Source of the DNA: an uncultured Opitutia bacterium
GTDB lineage: Bacteria > Verrucomicrobiota > Verrucomicrobiia > Opitutales > CAJWYM01
NCBI GenBank assembly: GCA_913049555.1
Contig: CAJWYM010000003.1
Span: 5,797 to 69,796, forward strand
Direction: 5' to 3'
Length of the DNA: 64,000 nucleotides
Both the position numbers and the translations under genes were made by a program. Positions 8,770 through 18,897 of the stretch are shown here, in pieces. Numbering within the stretch: the stretch's first letter is position 1; every line of letters starts with the position of its first letter. Below the pieces are notes generated by a model that saw nothing but the letters and a program-made list of their open reading frames with translations, was not told where the DNA came from and did no database searches.

Positions 8770-10095
8770 ATGACTTGTAATACTAAATTTTTATCACCTC
8801 TATTAATTGTTATCAGTCTATTGGGGACGGGTCATTCAGCTTTCTCTTTTGGATTTAAGCTGCCAGAAATTTTAAAGAAAGGGGATGGTGAATCCAATGA
8901 GAAAAGTGTGCATCAAACTTTTGAAAATGATCACTTTGTCTTTAAAAAAGCTTTATTTGGAAAGTATAGCCTGAAGTCAAAGGAGCACTTCTACAGTTGT
9001 AAAGTAGATGTAAATAAATGGGATGTTTCAAATGAAGCGAAAGATGGACACGAGCTTCTAATTAAATCTGCTAGTAATGAAAAACTGTCGATGCATTTGT
9101 TTCGTGATGAAAATACTGACCCTTTGGATGCCAATAAAATAAATGAACTATTATCGGCAAAGTTATCCAATGCTGAAATTTATGAATTGAAGGAGGAAAA
9201 AGTTTGGGAAAAATCAAAAACCAAACCCAAGAAATTCTACTTCAAATTAGTTGATTCAGAAAATGTGCAGGTAATGGAGGGGATAAGTAATGCATCTTTT
9301 TTAGGCACGACTGTATTCTATGCAGAATATCCTGAAAAGACTAGTAAAGAGGATCTGAAGAGTGTCGAGAGTATGCTTAGTGGAATCAATATTGAAACAC
9401 GTCTTGCAGAAGATCGAGGATTGGCAGGTCTTAACAAATCATTGGCTTCACTTAACAAAAGCTTAGGAGCTGTTACCGGAAATCCGGTAAGTTCCAGTTC
9501 TTCTAATAATTTGGATTATTCCGGAGAGGATGATGAGGTCAATCCAGATCAGGCAGAGCCTTCTTATATTGTGAAGGAATACGTAAATGCTCAAAAGAAA
9601 ATCAATGAGTCTCAGTTGCATTTTGCTGTGGCATTGGGGTTTGATGACGTAATCGGTGATCTAAAAGGCCAGCAATTAGTTCTAAATTCTGGAAAAGAAC
9701 TAAGTTCTGATGAAATTGCAAAAGCAAAAGCAGTATCTGATTCAGTAAATGAAAAAATAGATGAGATCTTAAAGAGAGAGTTAATACTCACAGCAGGAAA
9801 GAAACAAGAGTTTCAAAAGGGGATACCTCCATACTTAGAAGGAGTTTTACTAACATACCGCCTTGTACCACTGACAAAGTCTTATTTAAGGCAGCAGAAA
9901 CAAAATGTAAACAATGGTGCATTGGGATGGCTAAATGTTGTGGCAAACCTTGATACCACTATATCCATCATCCCAAAAATTCCAACCCAGGCGTTTAAAG
10001 TTCTTGGAACTTCAAAGCAGTTGATATCATTTGCTAAAGCGAATGATATTAAGGTTCCTGAGAACGAAGAAGCTGCTTTGGGTGATCTGGATTAG
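8770..10095 (+). CDS. Secreted hypothetical protein; the C-terminal ~180 aa are paralogous to the 1084-1764 product
   Basis: Signal peptide MTCNTKFLSPLLIVISLLGTGHSAFS. It contains an internal short repeat LAGLNKSLASLNKSLGA. The C-terminal alignment is described under 1084-1764. Confidence 0.7.
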   Translation: MTCNTKFLSPLLIVISLLGTGHSAFSFGFKLPEILKKGDGESNEKSVHQTFENDHFVFKKALFGKYSLKSKEHFYSCKVDVNKWDVSNEAKDGHELLIKSASNEKLSMHLFRDENTDPLDANKINELLSAKLSNAEIYELKEEKVWEKSKTKPKKFYFKLVDSENVQVMEGISNASFLGTTVFYAEYPEKTSKEDLKSVESMLSGINIETRLAEDRGLAGLNKSLASLNKSLGAVTGNPVSSSSSNNLDYSGEDDEVNPDQAEPSYIVKEYVNAQKKINESQLHFAVALGFDDVIGDLKGQQLVLNSGKELSSDEIAKAKAVSDSVNEKIDEILKRELILTAGKKQEFQKGIPPYLEGVLLTYRLVPLTKSYLRQQKQNVNNGALGWLNVVANLDTTISIIPKIPTQAFKVLGTSKQLISFAKANDIKVPENEEAALGDLD

Positions 10096-10127
10096 AATCT
10101 TATGGTTTCAAGTAACGATTATCAATT

Positions 10128-10568
10128 ATGAAAACGATTAGCACTTTATTCGCTATATTCCTAGTAATCGCTGCAGGAGGCTATTTCTTTAATCCAGAAA
10201 TCAAGGACTATGTAGATTCTAAAATAACAGGTAAGAATATTGTGAAGCCTGTGTATGAAATCATATTCGATGAGTTTGAAGAACAACCTAAATCAGTTTC
10301 CCTGTCAGGTGTTCAGATAAGGGAAGTGAAAGGGGCGAATGTCGACACAGATGGAAAAGTAAAAGTAAAAATTGAATTATTCAATGATTACTCAACTTAC
10401 TTAAAAGGGAATGTGTTCGCATATTCAGAAAATGATCAAATCCAGATGCATATTCAGCAGTCAGAGAATGAGAGCGTAATCGATTACGGATTAATGATAA
10501 AGGGCTTTTCAGGCAAAATGAAAATGATGTTCCATATTGGTCTTGAGACAGGAAAAAAAAGTGACTAA
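10128..10568 (+). CDS. N-terminally membrane-anchored hypothetical protein
   Basis: 146-aa ORF with a single N-terminal hydrophobic helix (ISTLFAIFLVIAAGGYFF). Confidence 0.55.
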   Translation: MKTISTLFAIFLVIAAGGYFFNPEIKDYVDSKITGKNIVKPVYEIIFDEFEEQPKSVSLSGVQIREVKGANVDTDGKVKVKIELFNDYSTYLKGNVFAYSENDQIQMHIQQSENESVIDYGLMIKGFSGKMKMMFHIGLETGKKSD

Positions 10569-10657
10569 TGAGGCGATAGATAAAACTGCTGTGTATCTTA
10601 ATAATTCTCAAAAATCAATTATTGAAGGCTACGAAAAAATAAAAGAGCGAATAAGCA

Positions 10658-11197
10658 GTGATTGAATCATTTGCCTCAGAATCATTCTTACTTTGTGTTG
10701 TTGCACTGATTTGGATTATTCAAATTATCAATTCTTTGGCGGGTTACCGTATCAGTCAATTGGGCATAATCCCGAGGAGTAAGAGAGGGCTGGTTGGTAT
10801 TTTTATAAGCCCTTTTATTCACCATGGCTATACACATGTCAGTGCGAATACAGTTCCTTTATTTATTCTCGGCTTAGGGGTAGCAAGCTATGGATTTGAA
10901 TACTTGGTAGTAGTCACTCTTCTGATCACAATTATTGGAGGAATACTCGTTTGGTTGTTTGCTCGAACTGCATCTCACTCAGGAGCGAGTCTTTTGATAT
11001 TTGGTTACTTTGGCGTGAATGTTTATTCTTTCTTTGATGATCCTAATTGGATGTCAGGAATCATCTCACTCGTAACCATCTTCATTTACGGTGGCATTAT
11101 CAGAGGAGTTCTCCCTGCTGAAAAAAGCGTATCTTGGGAGGGGCACCTATTTGGTTTTCTTGCAGGGATAGGTATACTTTACTTCAATATCGTTTAA
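10658..11197 (+). CDS. Rhomboid-family intramembrane serine protease
   Basis: GTG start. The protein is polytopic and carries the rhomboid signatures FIHHGYTHVSANTVPLF (HxxxN), HSGASLLIFGYFG (GxSx catalytic Ser) and a later EGHLFGFLAGIG (catalytic His). Confidence 0.75.
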   Translation: MIESFASESFLLCVVALIWIIQIINSLAGYRISQLGIIPRSKRGLVGIFISPFIHHGYTHVSANTVPLFILGLGVASYGFEYLVVVTLLITIIGGILVWLFARTASHSGASLLIFGYFGVNVYSFFDDPNWMSGIISLVTIFIYGGIIRGVLPAEKSVSWEGHLFGFLAGIGILYFNIV

Positions 11198-11790
11198 ATT
11201 GTTTTAAAGCATTAAGAAGTGCTCGCACTCTAACACTTATCATATGTTTTTATTCATACGGTTTTCTACAATATGAACGTTGTGCTCAGTTTTGATCGTT
11301 CCACAAGCGGAAAAGAAAAGTAGAAAAACACCTGTAACGAGGAAGCTTTTTATTATGAGCATAATTACAATGTTGTTAGTTTTGAGGGAAATTTAACTTC
11401 TTATTTGTGCAAATAATCATATTTATTTTTTATTCTACTGTAATACCTCTATCTCGTTTAATAATTTTTCGAATTATAAATGTAAGTAGATATCCGAATA
11501 TTAAGTAACTATTCTTTTACAGTAAAAAAAGAAATCAGATAAGTTTATAGCATTATGATCAAATATTTAAAAAATAAGATGAGATTATGTTTAATTATAC
11601 GAAATATACATTATCAATAACACAAAATTATAAGATATGATTCTATAGATGAGTTATGGGTTGATAATTTCTTTGATAAATATAAAGACCTTATTGAATC
11701 GCAGGTGACTATGTTTACTGAAGGATCATTTGCTTATACAGTAGTTATTCAAGAATAATAATAAGAGGACCTTTCGACACTTACAAAATT

Positions 11791-12420
11791 ATGGCATTTC
11801 CAGATACACCAAAAACATTAATAAGTCGCTTACATCTTCCTGAAGTCGATCAGAAATGGCAAAATAACTGGCAGAGTTTTTATGATCTTTATCATTCACC
11901 TATTGAGATGGCGACACTTCAGGCATATTCTAAAAATGGATGGTATTCCGTTTCAGGAGAACTTTTAGAAGACACTATGTCTGATATATTCATGAGCATA
12001 TTTCAGACTCATAATAAAACCAGCTATGATAAAGATAAGAGCTATAGGAATTATATTAAAACCATAGTATATAGGAGAGTTATAGACAGAATTAGAAAAA
12101 TGAAAGATGCTCATAGGTCTAGTTCCCTTGATAATATGCAAGATTCAGGCTATACTCCAGAGAGTGTGATTTCTGAAGATTTTGTGGATAAAGAATTTCG
12201 AAAGGCTCTATTAGTCACGCTCCTTGAGGATGTTTCTTCTAGAGTAAGTCCTATGAATTATGAAATATTTGAAAGAGTTAAGCTGATTGGTGATTCTCCA
12301 TCCGATTTAGCCAAATATTATAATGTCACGAGGAATTATATCGATAATTCTGTATACAAAGTGATGAATGTGCTCAAGGATCTCGTGAAAAACCCAGACT
12401 ATCGAAAGGAATTATTATGA
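11791..12420 (+). CDS. ECF-type (sigma-70 family) RNA polymerase sigma factor
   Basis: The N-terminal PDTPKTLISRLH...W..FYDLYHSPI pattern and YRNYIKTIVYRRVIDRIRK (region 2) are typical of PVC-type ECF sigmas, as is the C-terminal HTH-like SPSDLAKYYNVTRNYIDNSVYKVMNVLK (region 4). Confidence 0.7.
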   Translation: MAFPDTPKTLISRLHLPEVDQKWQNNWQSFYDLYHSPIEMATLQAYSKNGWYSVSGELLEDTMSDIFMSIFQTHNKTSYDKDKSYRNYIKTIVYRRVIDRIRKMKDAHRSSSLDNMQDSGYTPESVISEDFVDKEFRKALLVTLLEDVSSRVSPMNYEIFERVKLIGDSPSDLAKYYNVTRNYIDNSVYKVMNVLKDLVKNPDYRKELL

Positions 12421-12608
12421 ATGAAGATCGAAATATTGATGTATGGAAAAAATTGGCTGAACAAATCGATTTGAATAATCTTACAAAAGATGATGAAGAT
12501 ACTATTATTAAAGAACTCAAGGATGCTAATACACAAGTTGAGACATTGAAGTTACATCCCCGTCACAAGAAATTAAAAGAACGAATTATGCGTGAACTAG
12601 AATTGTGA
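12417..12608 (+). CDS. Small hydrophilic protein translationally coupled to the sigma factor gene (function unknown)
   Basis: 63-aa ORF whose ATG overlaps the sigma gene stop (ATGA). It has no TM segment, so it is not a classical membrane anti-sigma factor. Confidence 0.4.
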   Translation: MNEDRNIDVWKKLAEQIDLNNLTKDDEDTIIKELKDANTQVETLKLHPRHKKLKERIMRELEL

Positions 12609-12919
12609 TCTGGATTTTATGATTTCGATGAGTCTCAATGAAGCTGTCCTCATTAAAAATACACTACTATTCAATATCAATATTTAATTGAATGGAGATT
12701 TTAGTTTCACTTTTAGTAGATGTAAAAAATACCTTCTATAGATTAGGTTTATATGACTGTAAATTATAGATTTCATTTTAATTCTCTATTTGTAAAATTT
12801 TTTTCTGTTAGAAGTGCCTTTCTAGCTTTAAAAGTTAAGTAAAATGATTAAAACCCAAGGAGATCTTTGGTGAAAACCAATGAATTTCATTATATTGTAA
12901 AAATTGATATTCATTCCTA

Positions 12920-12965
12920 TAAAAGTTAAAAACCAATCCTCAAGAGAAAAAATTTTCTTGAGGAT
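12920..12965 (-). terminator. Intrinsic-terminator-like hairpin oriented on the minus strand
   Basis: atcctcaaga-gaaaaaattt-tcttgaggat forms a 10-bp stem (12936-12965). On the minus strand it is followed by UGGUUUUUAACUUUU. It lies ~320 nt downstream of the comM stop. Confidence 0.4.
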
Positions 12966-13288
12966 GGAAGTAAATTGTATGAATTTTTAATTCGATCAAC
13001 GAAAATGTGAATTTCTTTCCGAGCACCCAAAGTTCTAAATCGAACTGTAGTTAATGAAAGCAATAAGTCTGAATAACGATCGGTTCCAAGTAAACTGAGC
13101 AAGTATAATTAAATAATTCTATTTTTATCTAATAACTCAATTATAATTGCAGTTGCTCATTCATAAGGCAACCTCCGAAAATATAAAATTAATTATACAA
13201 AAAACTAAAACTCATGTTTGATGATAGATAACATTTGGTAAATATTTTCTAAATTATAAGGGGGGTGAACAAATTTGGGTCTTTTCGA

Positions 13289-14836
13289 TCAATAGAGATT
13301 TCTATCCAGGCTTCTATACTGAATGGCTTCCAATAAATGGGGAGTTTCTATTTTTTCCGACATTGCTAAATCTGCAATGGTACGCGCGACTCTTAAAATT
13401 CTATCATAGGCTCTTGCTGAAAGATTCAGTTCTTTCATGGCTTTTTCTAAAATGACAGCGTCTGGCGCACTGATTTCACAGTAGGTTCTTATTTCCTTAG
13501 GACTTAGATCGGCATTTCGCTTTTGAGAACTTGGTTTTCTATGAAAGCGATCGGATTGCAATTTCCTACAGGATTCAACTCGATCTTTAATGGCCTCTGA
13601 ACTTTCCCCATATTCCTTGCTTTGCAATTCTTTGAGACTTAAAGCCGGTGCATCTATATGAAGATCGATCCGATCCAACAAAGGTCCGCTAATCCTCGAG
13701 CGATATCTTGCAATTTGGGGAGCAGAACACCTGCATGGCTGTTCTGAGCCACCCATATAGCCACATGGACACGGATTCATAGCTACAACAAGCATGAAAT
13801 TTGCAGGCAGTGTAATAGTCCCAGCACTTCTAGTTATGGTCACTTCTCCATCCTCAAGGGGTTGTCTCATAACTTCTAAAGCGGATCTTTTATACTCTGG
13901 AAGTTCATCCAAGAAGAGGACCCCGTTGTGGGCCATTGAAATTTCTCCCGGACCCGGAATGGAGCCTCCTCCTAAGAGGCCAACATCGCTGATTGTATGA
14001 TGTGGAGAACGAAAAGGTCGGCAAATTTCAAGTTTTTCTCCAGCAATTGTCTTTCCAGCTGCAGATTCAATTGCAAGGATTTCTAAGTACTCATCCAGCG
14101 AGGGCTCAGGCATAATACTTGGGATTCTTTTTGATATCATGGATTTTCCTGAACCCGGTGGGCCAATAAGCAAGAGGTTGTGACCTCCAGCAACCGCAAT
14201 TTCAACTGCCCTTCGAACGGCTTTTTGTCCTTTAATTTCAGAAAAGCATGAGACAGGAACGACCTTGGAATCTCTATTTTGATGAAGGGTGTGTTGGTTT
14301 TTAAGCGGTTGAATTGCAATCTGACCCTTAATAAATGCGGCGGCTTGACTTAAGGAGTCTGCAGGGATTACGGATACGCCTTCCACTAAAGAAGCTTCAA
14401 AGGCTGATTTTTTAGGTAAAATTACCCCTTTTTTGCCACTTTTTTTTGCTAAAATTGCCAGTGCCAGACCTCCTTTGATCGGACGAATTGCACCAGATAG
14501 ACTCAGCTCACCAGCGATTATGTAATCGTCGATTGGATTGGGTTCTTTGATTTGACTTGTAGCAGCAAGAAGAGCGAGTGCAATGGGCAAGTCGTAAAGT
14601 GTTCCTTCTTTCTTTATGTCTCCGGGAGCTAAGTTTACGGTTGTGCGTTGTTCTGGCATTTTATAACCAGAATTGCCCATGGCTGACGAAATTCTATTTT
14701 GAGATTCCTTAACAGCAGCATCTGGTAGACCCACAAGAATGATAAAGGGTTCTCCTTTTTCATGACTGTTTACTTCTACTAGCACTGGATGTGCATCGAT
14801 TCCTAACAAGCTACCTGAATGGATCGTGGAAAGCAT
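13289..14836 (-). CDS. comM: YifB/ComM family Mg-chelatase-like AAA+ ATPase
   Basis: 515 aa. N-terminal Lon-like domain ([25 protein letters not shown]), Walker [25 protein letters not shown], and a Cys cluster NPCPCGY..C.C. Confidence 0.9.
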   Translation of the reverse strand: MLSTIHSGSLLGIDAHPVLVEVNSHEKGEPFIILVGLPDAAVKESQNRISSAMGNSGYKMPEQRTTVNLAPGDIKKEGTLYDLPIALALLAATSQIKEPNPIDDYIIAGELSLSGAIRPIKGGLALAILAKKSGKKGVILPKKSAFEASLVEGVSVIPADSLSQAAAFIKGQIAIQPLKNQHTLHQNRDSKVVPVSCFSEIKGQKAVRRAVEIAVAGGHNLLLIGPPGSGKSMISKRIPSIMPEPSLDEYLEILAIESAAGKTIAGEKLEICRPFRSPHHTISDVGLLGGGSIPGPGEISMAHNGVLFLDELPEYKRSALEVMRQPLEDGEVTITRSAGTITLPANFMLVVAMNPCPCGYMGGSEQPCRCSAPQIARYRSRISGPLLDRIDLHIDAPALSLKELQSKEYGESSEAIKDRVESCRKLQSDRFHRKPSSQKRNADLSPKEIRTYCEISAPDAVILEKAMKELNLSARAYDRILRVARTIADLAMSEKIETPHLLEAIQYRSLDRNLY

Positions 14837-14983
14837 AATTCTAATCTTTTTTGGTATTATAAAATATAAAAAGGTTTAGAATAAATAAAACGAACCCTTA
14901 GTGCACGTTCAATATAGATAAGAATTAAAAATAAGGAATCCTCAATCTATCTGGGAGTGCAATTGAGTGAAAATCGAGAAACT

Positions 14984-15892
14984 TCAGGTCGTGACTTGAG
15001 AATGATTGCCGATAAATTCAGCCACTTTCCCTTGATCCACCAAATCTTGAACCCTTTTCATATTTTCGTCGATTTTATCTAAATAGGGATTGGAACCGTT
15101 GGGGTAAGGGGATTTTAGATATTCATATAGGTGATCACACTCATCATCTAATTTGGTGTTTTTAATAAATCCCCAAAAACCGGGTGTTTTCTCTAATAGT
15201 TCTTCTGCACTGTGAAAAAGTCTTTTATCTAAGGGAATGTCTCTGTAATCATCGGACTCCTTAAATTCCATGAAAAGTAAAGGTAATTTTTCTACGTAAG
15301 CATAATCGCTCATCTGACCAACGTAGTCCGCAATACACAAAGATTTTCCTAAAAATTCATCCTTAGAACTTTTAAATGGGATGGCTGCTATCACAGCACG
15401 AGGTCCCGTGCAGCAAATCATATTTTGGACGAGCAATATTTCATCGGAGCTCCAGTCAATCTTTTCAAGCTCAATGGCAGCCATGTTACAACCTCTTTTT
15501 TCGTGAAAGAAAGAATATTTAGCGCCCGTTCCACTCGAATCTCCTCTTAATTTCAGATATCCGATGTCATGCAATATAGCTCCACTGATTCCTATAATAA
15601 AATCTCTTGCATTGAGGGCTTCGTCTTCAGAGTTGTGGATGGTTTGATTCTTCATCAATCGCGCCATACATAGAGTAACTTGCATCATATGCTCTAAATC
15701 ATGGTAAGCAACATCCAAGGCTTCGTAGTCTGGATGGTTGCCAAGGAGCATTTCCTGTAACTTATCAAATAGATAAGGGATTTGATCGCATTCTTCATGG
15801 GGGTATAGAGAATGGAAAAGGTTGACAACTTCTTTTAAAACCAAATCCGGTTTTTTTGTATCAACATCGCTCAGGTTGTATTTAAAGTGCAC
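14984..15892 (-). CDS. HD-domain phosphohydrolase family protein
   Basis: 302 aa with YHDLEHMMQV and AILHDIGYL motifs (HD metal-binding signature). Confidence 0.65.
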   Translation of the reverse strand: MHFKYNLSDVDTKKPDLVLKEVVNLFHSLYPHEECDQIPYLFDKLQEMLLGNHPDYEALDVAYHDLEHMMQVTLCMARLMKNQTIHNSEDEALNARDFIIGISGAILHDIGYLKLRGDSSGTGAKYSFFHEKRGCNMAAIELEKIDWSSDEILLVQNMICCTGPRAVIAAIPFKSSKDEFLGKSLCIADYVGQMSDYAYVEKLPLLFMEFKESDDYRDIPLDKRLFHSAEELLEKTPGFWGFIKNTKLDDECDHLYEYLKSPYPNGSNPYLDKIDENMKRVQDLVDQGKVAEFIGNHSQVTT

Positions 15893-16231
15893 TTTTTAAA
15901 TGATTTAAAAAACTTGTTGGTAGGGTTATGAAAACAAACTATAGCGGGAATCATTTTTAGATCAAGGTATTAATTATTCTAAGTCACTTAGGCTTCAGAG
16001 TTTATTTCTTAATTATTCTTATGAAAATGACTTCTTACTTTATAAATTTAGCTGCATAGGCTTTGAAAATTTCAATGGATTCCAATTTAGATTCTATTCC
16101 GGTTTCTTGAACCTTATTCTAGACTCATTTAGAAAGAATCTCATTTCTAATAGTATTTTTGGGCTTATTTTGGATTTGACAGTATTTGTATTCAGAGGAT
16201 TGTAGGTTTCATAACAGTGAAAGGCTTTCAA

Positions 16232-16822
16232 ATGAGAATAGGTGTAACAGGTGGAATTGCGTGCGGAAAGTCAAAAGTCTTAGAACTTTTTGCTCATCGT
16301 GGCTGGAATACAATACGAACCGATGACTTGGCCAAGGAAATCTTGCAAAAGGATTGCGAGATTCATTCATTCCTACTGGAGAACTATGGGGAATGGATTT
16401 TCAATGATTACGGCTCATCCAATGCAACTGTAAATACCAAAAGACTCGGTTCTATCGTTTTTTCAGATCAAAAATCACTAAAAAGCTTGGAGGAGATCCT
16501 GCATCCAAAAGTTAGGCAAGAATGGATGCGTCGGTGTTTGATTCATAAAAGTTTGTTTCATATGATAGAAGTTCCCCTGTTGTTTGAAAAGAGCTTAGAG
16601 TTTCTTTTTGACCGAACGATCTGTGTAGTTGTGGATTCGGATCGGCAGAGAAAACGTTTGCTCAAAAGGTCCCTCTCTATAGAAGAAGGGAAAGCAAGGA
16701 TTGACATTCAGATGAATTTAGAAGAAAAAGTTAATTCAGCTCATTTAGTTATCTCCTCGTCTGGATCTTTACAGGCACTGGATGAGCAAGTTAATGAAAT
16801 CCATAATTCATTAGTATTCTGA
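16232..16822 (+). CDS. coaE: Dephospho-CoA kinase
   Basis: MRIGVTGGIACGKS P-loop at the N-terminus, size ~196 aa, with the typical VPLLFE motif. The track start at 16217 is a GTG; the ATG at 16232 is preferred. Confidence 0.85.
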   Translation: MRIGVTGGIACGKSKVLELFAHRGWNTIRTDDLAKEILQKDCEIHSFLLENYGEWIFNDYGSSNATVNTKRLGSIVFSDQKSLKSLEEILHPKVRQEWMRRCLIHKSLFHMIEVPLLFEKSLEFLFDRTICVVVDSDRQRKRLLKRSLSIEEGKARIDIQMNLEEKVNSAHLVISSSGSLQALDEQVNEIHNSLVF

Positions 16823-16862
16823 TGGAAACTATTATGAATTCAGAAAATCTGTTTAAAGCACC

Positions 16863-18869
16863 ATGAGCGAAGAAGATAGCAATCAAGAAAATATACTGAG
16901 TAAACCGTCGGCTAAAAAAGCGGTTAAAAAGAAAGCAGCTAAGAAAAAAGCAGCCAAGAAAAAAGCGGTTAAAAAGAAGGTTGCCAAGAAGAGAACTTTA
17001 AAATCTGCCGTAAAAAAAGACATTCAAATGGAAATGGATTTTGAGCAATCTTCTGCGAATCCTCCTGCGCTCAAAGAGTCTCCAACTAAAAATGAGGATG
17101 AAGTTGTAATGACCTCATTTTCAACTGGAGATTCTAATGAGGGTGAATCTTTTTCAGTGTTTAAGGACAATAAAAAATCAGAGGAAGCATCGGTTCAAAC
17201 TGAAGAAATTGTTTTACCCAATCTGCCTAAAGAGTCAAAAGATGAATCCACAGATCCTAGGGATTCTAATCCTGCGGAAAGCGATTTAAGAAACGTTCAT
17301 CCACAAAATCAAAATAAAGGTGGATCTAAAAAAAGATTTGATAAAAACCGTTTTAAAAACAAGCACAAAAACAATCAAAACAACCACCCGAACCAAAATC
17401 CGAACCAAAACCCCAACCAAAGAAAACAAAAGCAAAAACAAAACCCTAATCAGCGTAAAAAAAGTAGGAAAAACAAGGCATTTTTCCATGATCAGGAAAT
17501 CGAAGGTGGCTTTGATTATGACGGCCTTTTGCAATTGGAGGCATTCCAGTCTATCGAAGCATTCAATACCTTTATTAATGATGAGGCTAACAAGGTCGTT
17601 TTAGTTGCCGAAGAATTTTTATTTGATGAAGTCTATCAGTTGCCTGTGCCTGAATTGATTGAATATGCGGTTTCTAGGGGAATTGAGAGTGATGGATCCC
17701 CAAACCGAGAGGAGCTTTTGTCTAAAATCCTTTTTTACCAGAAAGAAAAAGGAAAAGTATTGATCATCGAGGGAATCATCGAAGTTCTTGAAGATGGACA
17801 CGCTGCATTGGTTTATCAATTGGATAATTACAGACAGAAAACCTACAGTATTTTTATCCCAGAATTTTTCGTTAAAAAAGAAGGTCTCTTGCCTGGGCAT
17901 TCAGTAAAGGTTGCTTTCCACCCTCACGAAAACAACAGTCCATTTGTTCTTAAAGTCCTAACTGTTATGGGAACTCAACCAGAATTGGTTTCTGCCCGTG
18001 TGCCTTTTACTGAATTGATTCCTTACTATCCGACGGAGCGAATTGTCATGGAGGGATCCCCAGACATTGATTTTGACAACACTTCCATGAGAATTGTGGA
18101 TTTGATTTCACCGATTGGTTTTGGGCAACGTTCTCTCATTGTGGCTCCTCCTAGGACTGGGAAAACTGTTTTGATGCAAGCAATGGCGAAAAGCATCCGC
18201 AAATCCTACCCAGATTTACATTTGATCATTTTGTTGGTAGATGAACGACCTGAGGAGGTCACTGATTTTAGAAGGCAAGTAGATGCTGAAGTGATTGCCT
18301 CAACATTCGATGAGAACGCTGAAAGCCATGTTCATGCCGCTGAAATGGTAATTGAGAAGGCTCGCAGAATGGTTGAAGCTGGGAAAGATGTGGCCATTTT
18401 ATTAGATTCCATCACCCGTTTAGCTCGTGCTTACAACACAAGTTTGCCCAACAGTGGAAAAATCCTTTCTGGAGGCATGGAAGCCAATGCTTTGCAAAGG
18501 CCAAAGAGATTTTTCGGATCTGCGAGAAATATTGAGGGTGGGGGAAGTTTAACCATAATCGGAACGGCTTTGGTTGAAACGGGTAGCAAAATGGACGAAG
18601 TGATCTTTGAGGAATTTAAAGGAACGGGCAACATGGAGTTGCATTTAGATCGAGCGATGTCTGAGAAAAGAATTTACCCAGCCTTGAGTATGGATAAAAG
18701 CGGTACGCGGAAGGAGGAATTGCTCTATCATCCGGACGAGTTGAACAAAGTTTACTCTCTCAGACGTGCAATGAAGGGAGTTCCACCCGTGGATGCAATG
18801 GAAAGCTTGATCCAGCGTGTAAAAAAGACTAAAACCAATGTCGAATTTTTAATGACCCTGGGCCGATAG
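16863..18869 (+). CDS. rho: Transcription termination factor Rho with a ~250-aa low-complexity N-terminal extension
   Basis: The C-terminal ~410 aa are canonical Rho (Rho_N helix bundle [15 protein letters not shown] domain [14 protein letters not shown], Walker [38 protein letters not shown]). The N-terminal part is Lys/Ala repeats plus an Asn/Gln/Pro-rich tract. Confidence 0.92.
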   Translation: MSEEDSNQENILSKPSAKKAVKKKAAKKKAAKKKAVKKKVAKKRTLKSAVKKDIQMEMDFEQSSANPPALKESPTKNEDEVVMTSFSTGDSNEGESFSVFKDNKKSEEASVQTEEIVLPNLPKESKDESTDPRDSNPAESDLRNVHPQNQNKGGSKKRFDKNRFKNKHKNNQNNHPNQNPNQNPNQRKQKQKQNPNQRKKSRKNKAFFHDQEIEGGFDYDGLLQLEAFQSIEAFNTFINDEANKVVLVAEEFLFDEVYQLPVPELIEYAVSRGIESDGSPNREELLSKILFYQKEKGKVLIIEGIIEVLEDGHAALVYQLDNYRQKTYSIFIPEFFVKKEGLLPGHSVKVAFHPHENNSPFVLKVLTVMGTQPELVSARVPFTELIPYYPTERIVMEGSPDIDFDNTSMRIVDLISPIGFGQRSLIVAPPRTGKTVLMQAMAKSIRKSYPDLHLIILLVDERPEEVTDFRRQVDAEVIASTFDENAESHVHAAEMVIEKARRMVEAGKDVAILLDSITRLARAYNTSLPNSGKILSGGMEANALQRPKRFFGSARNIEGGGSLTIIGTALVETGSKMDEVIFEEFKGTGNMELHLDRAMSEKRIYPALSMDKSGTRKEELLYHPDELNKVYSLRRAMKGVPPVDAMESLIQRVKKTKTNVEFLMTLGR

Positions 18870-18897
18870 TCATTTTTATAAGGCTCAATCTACTTAC

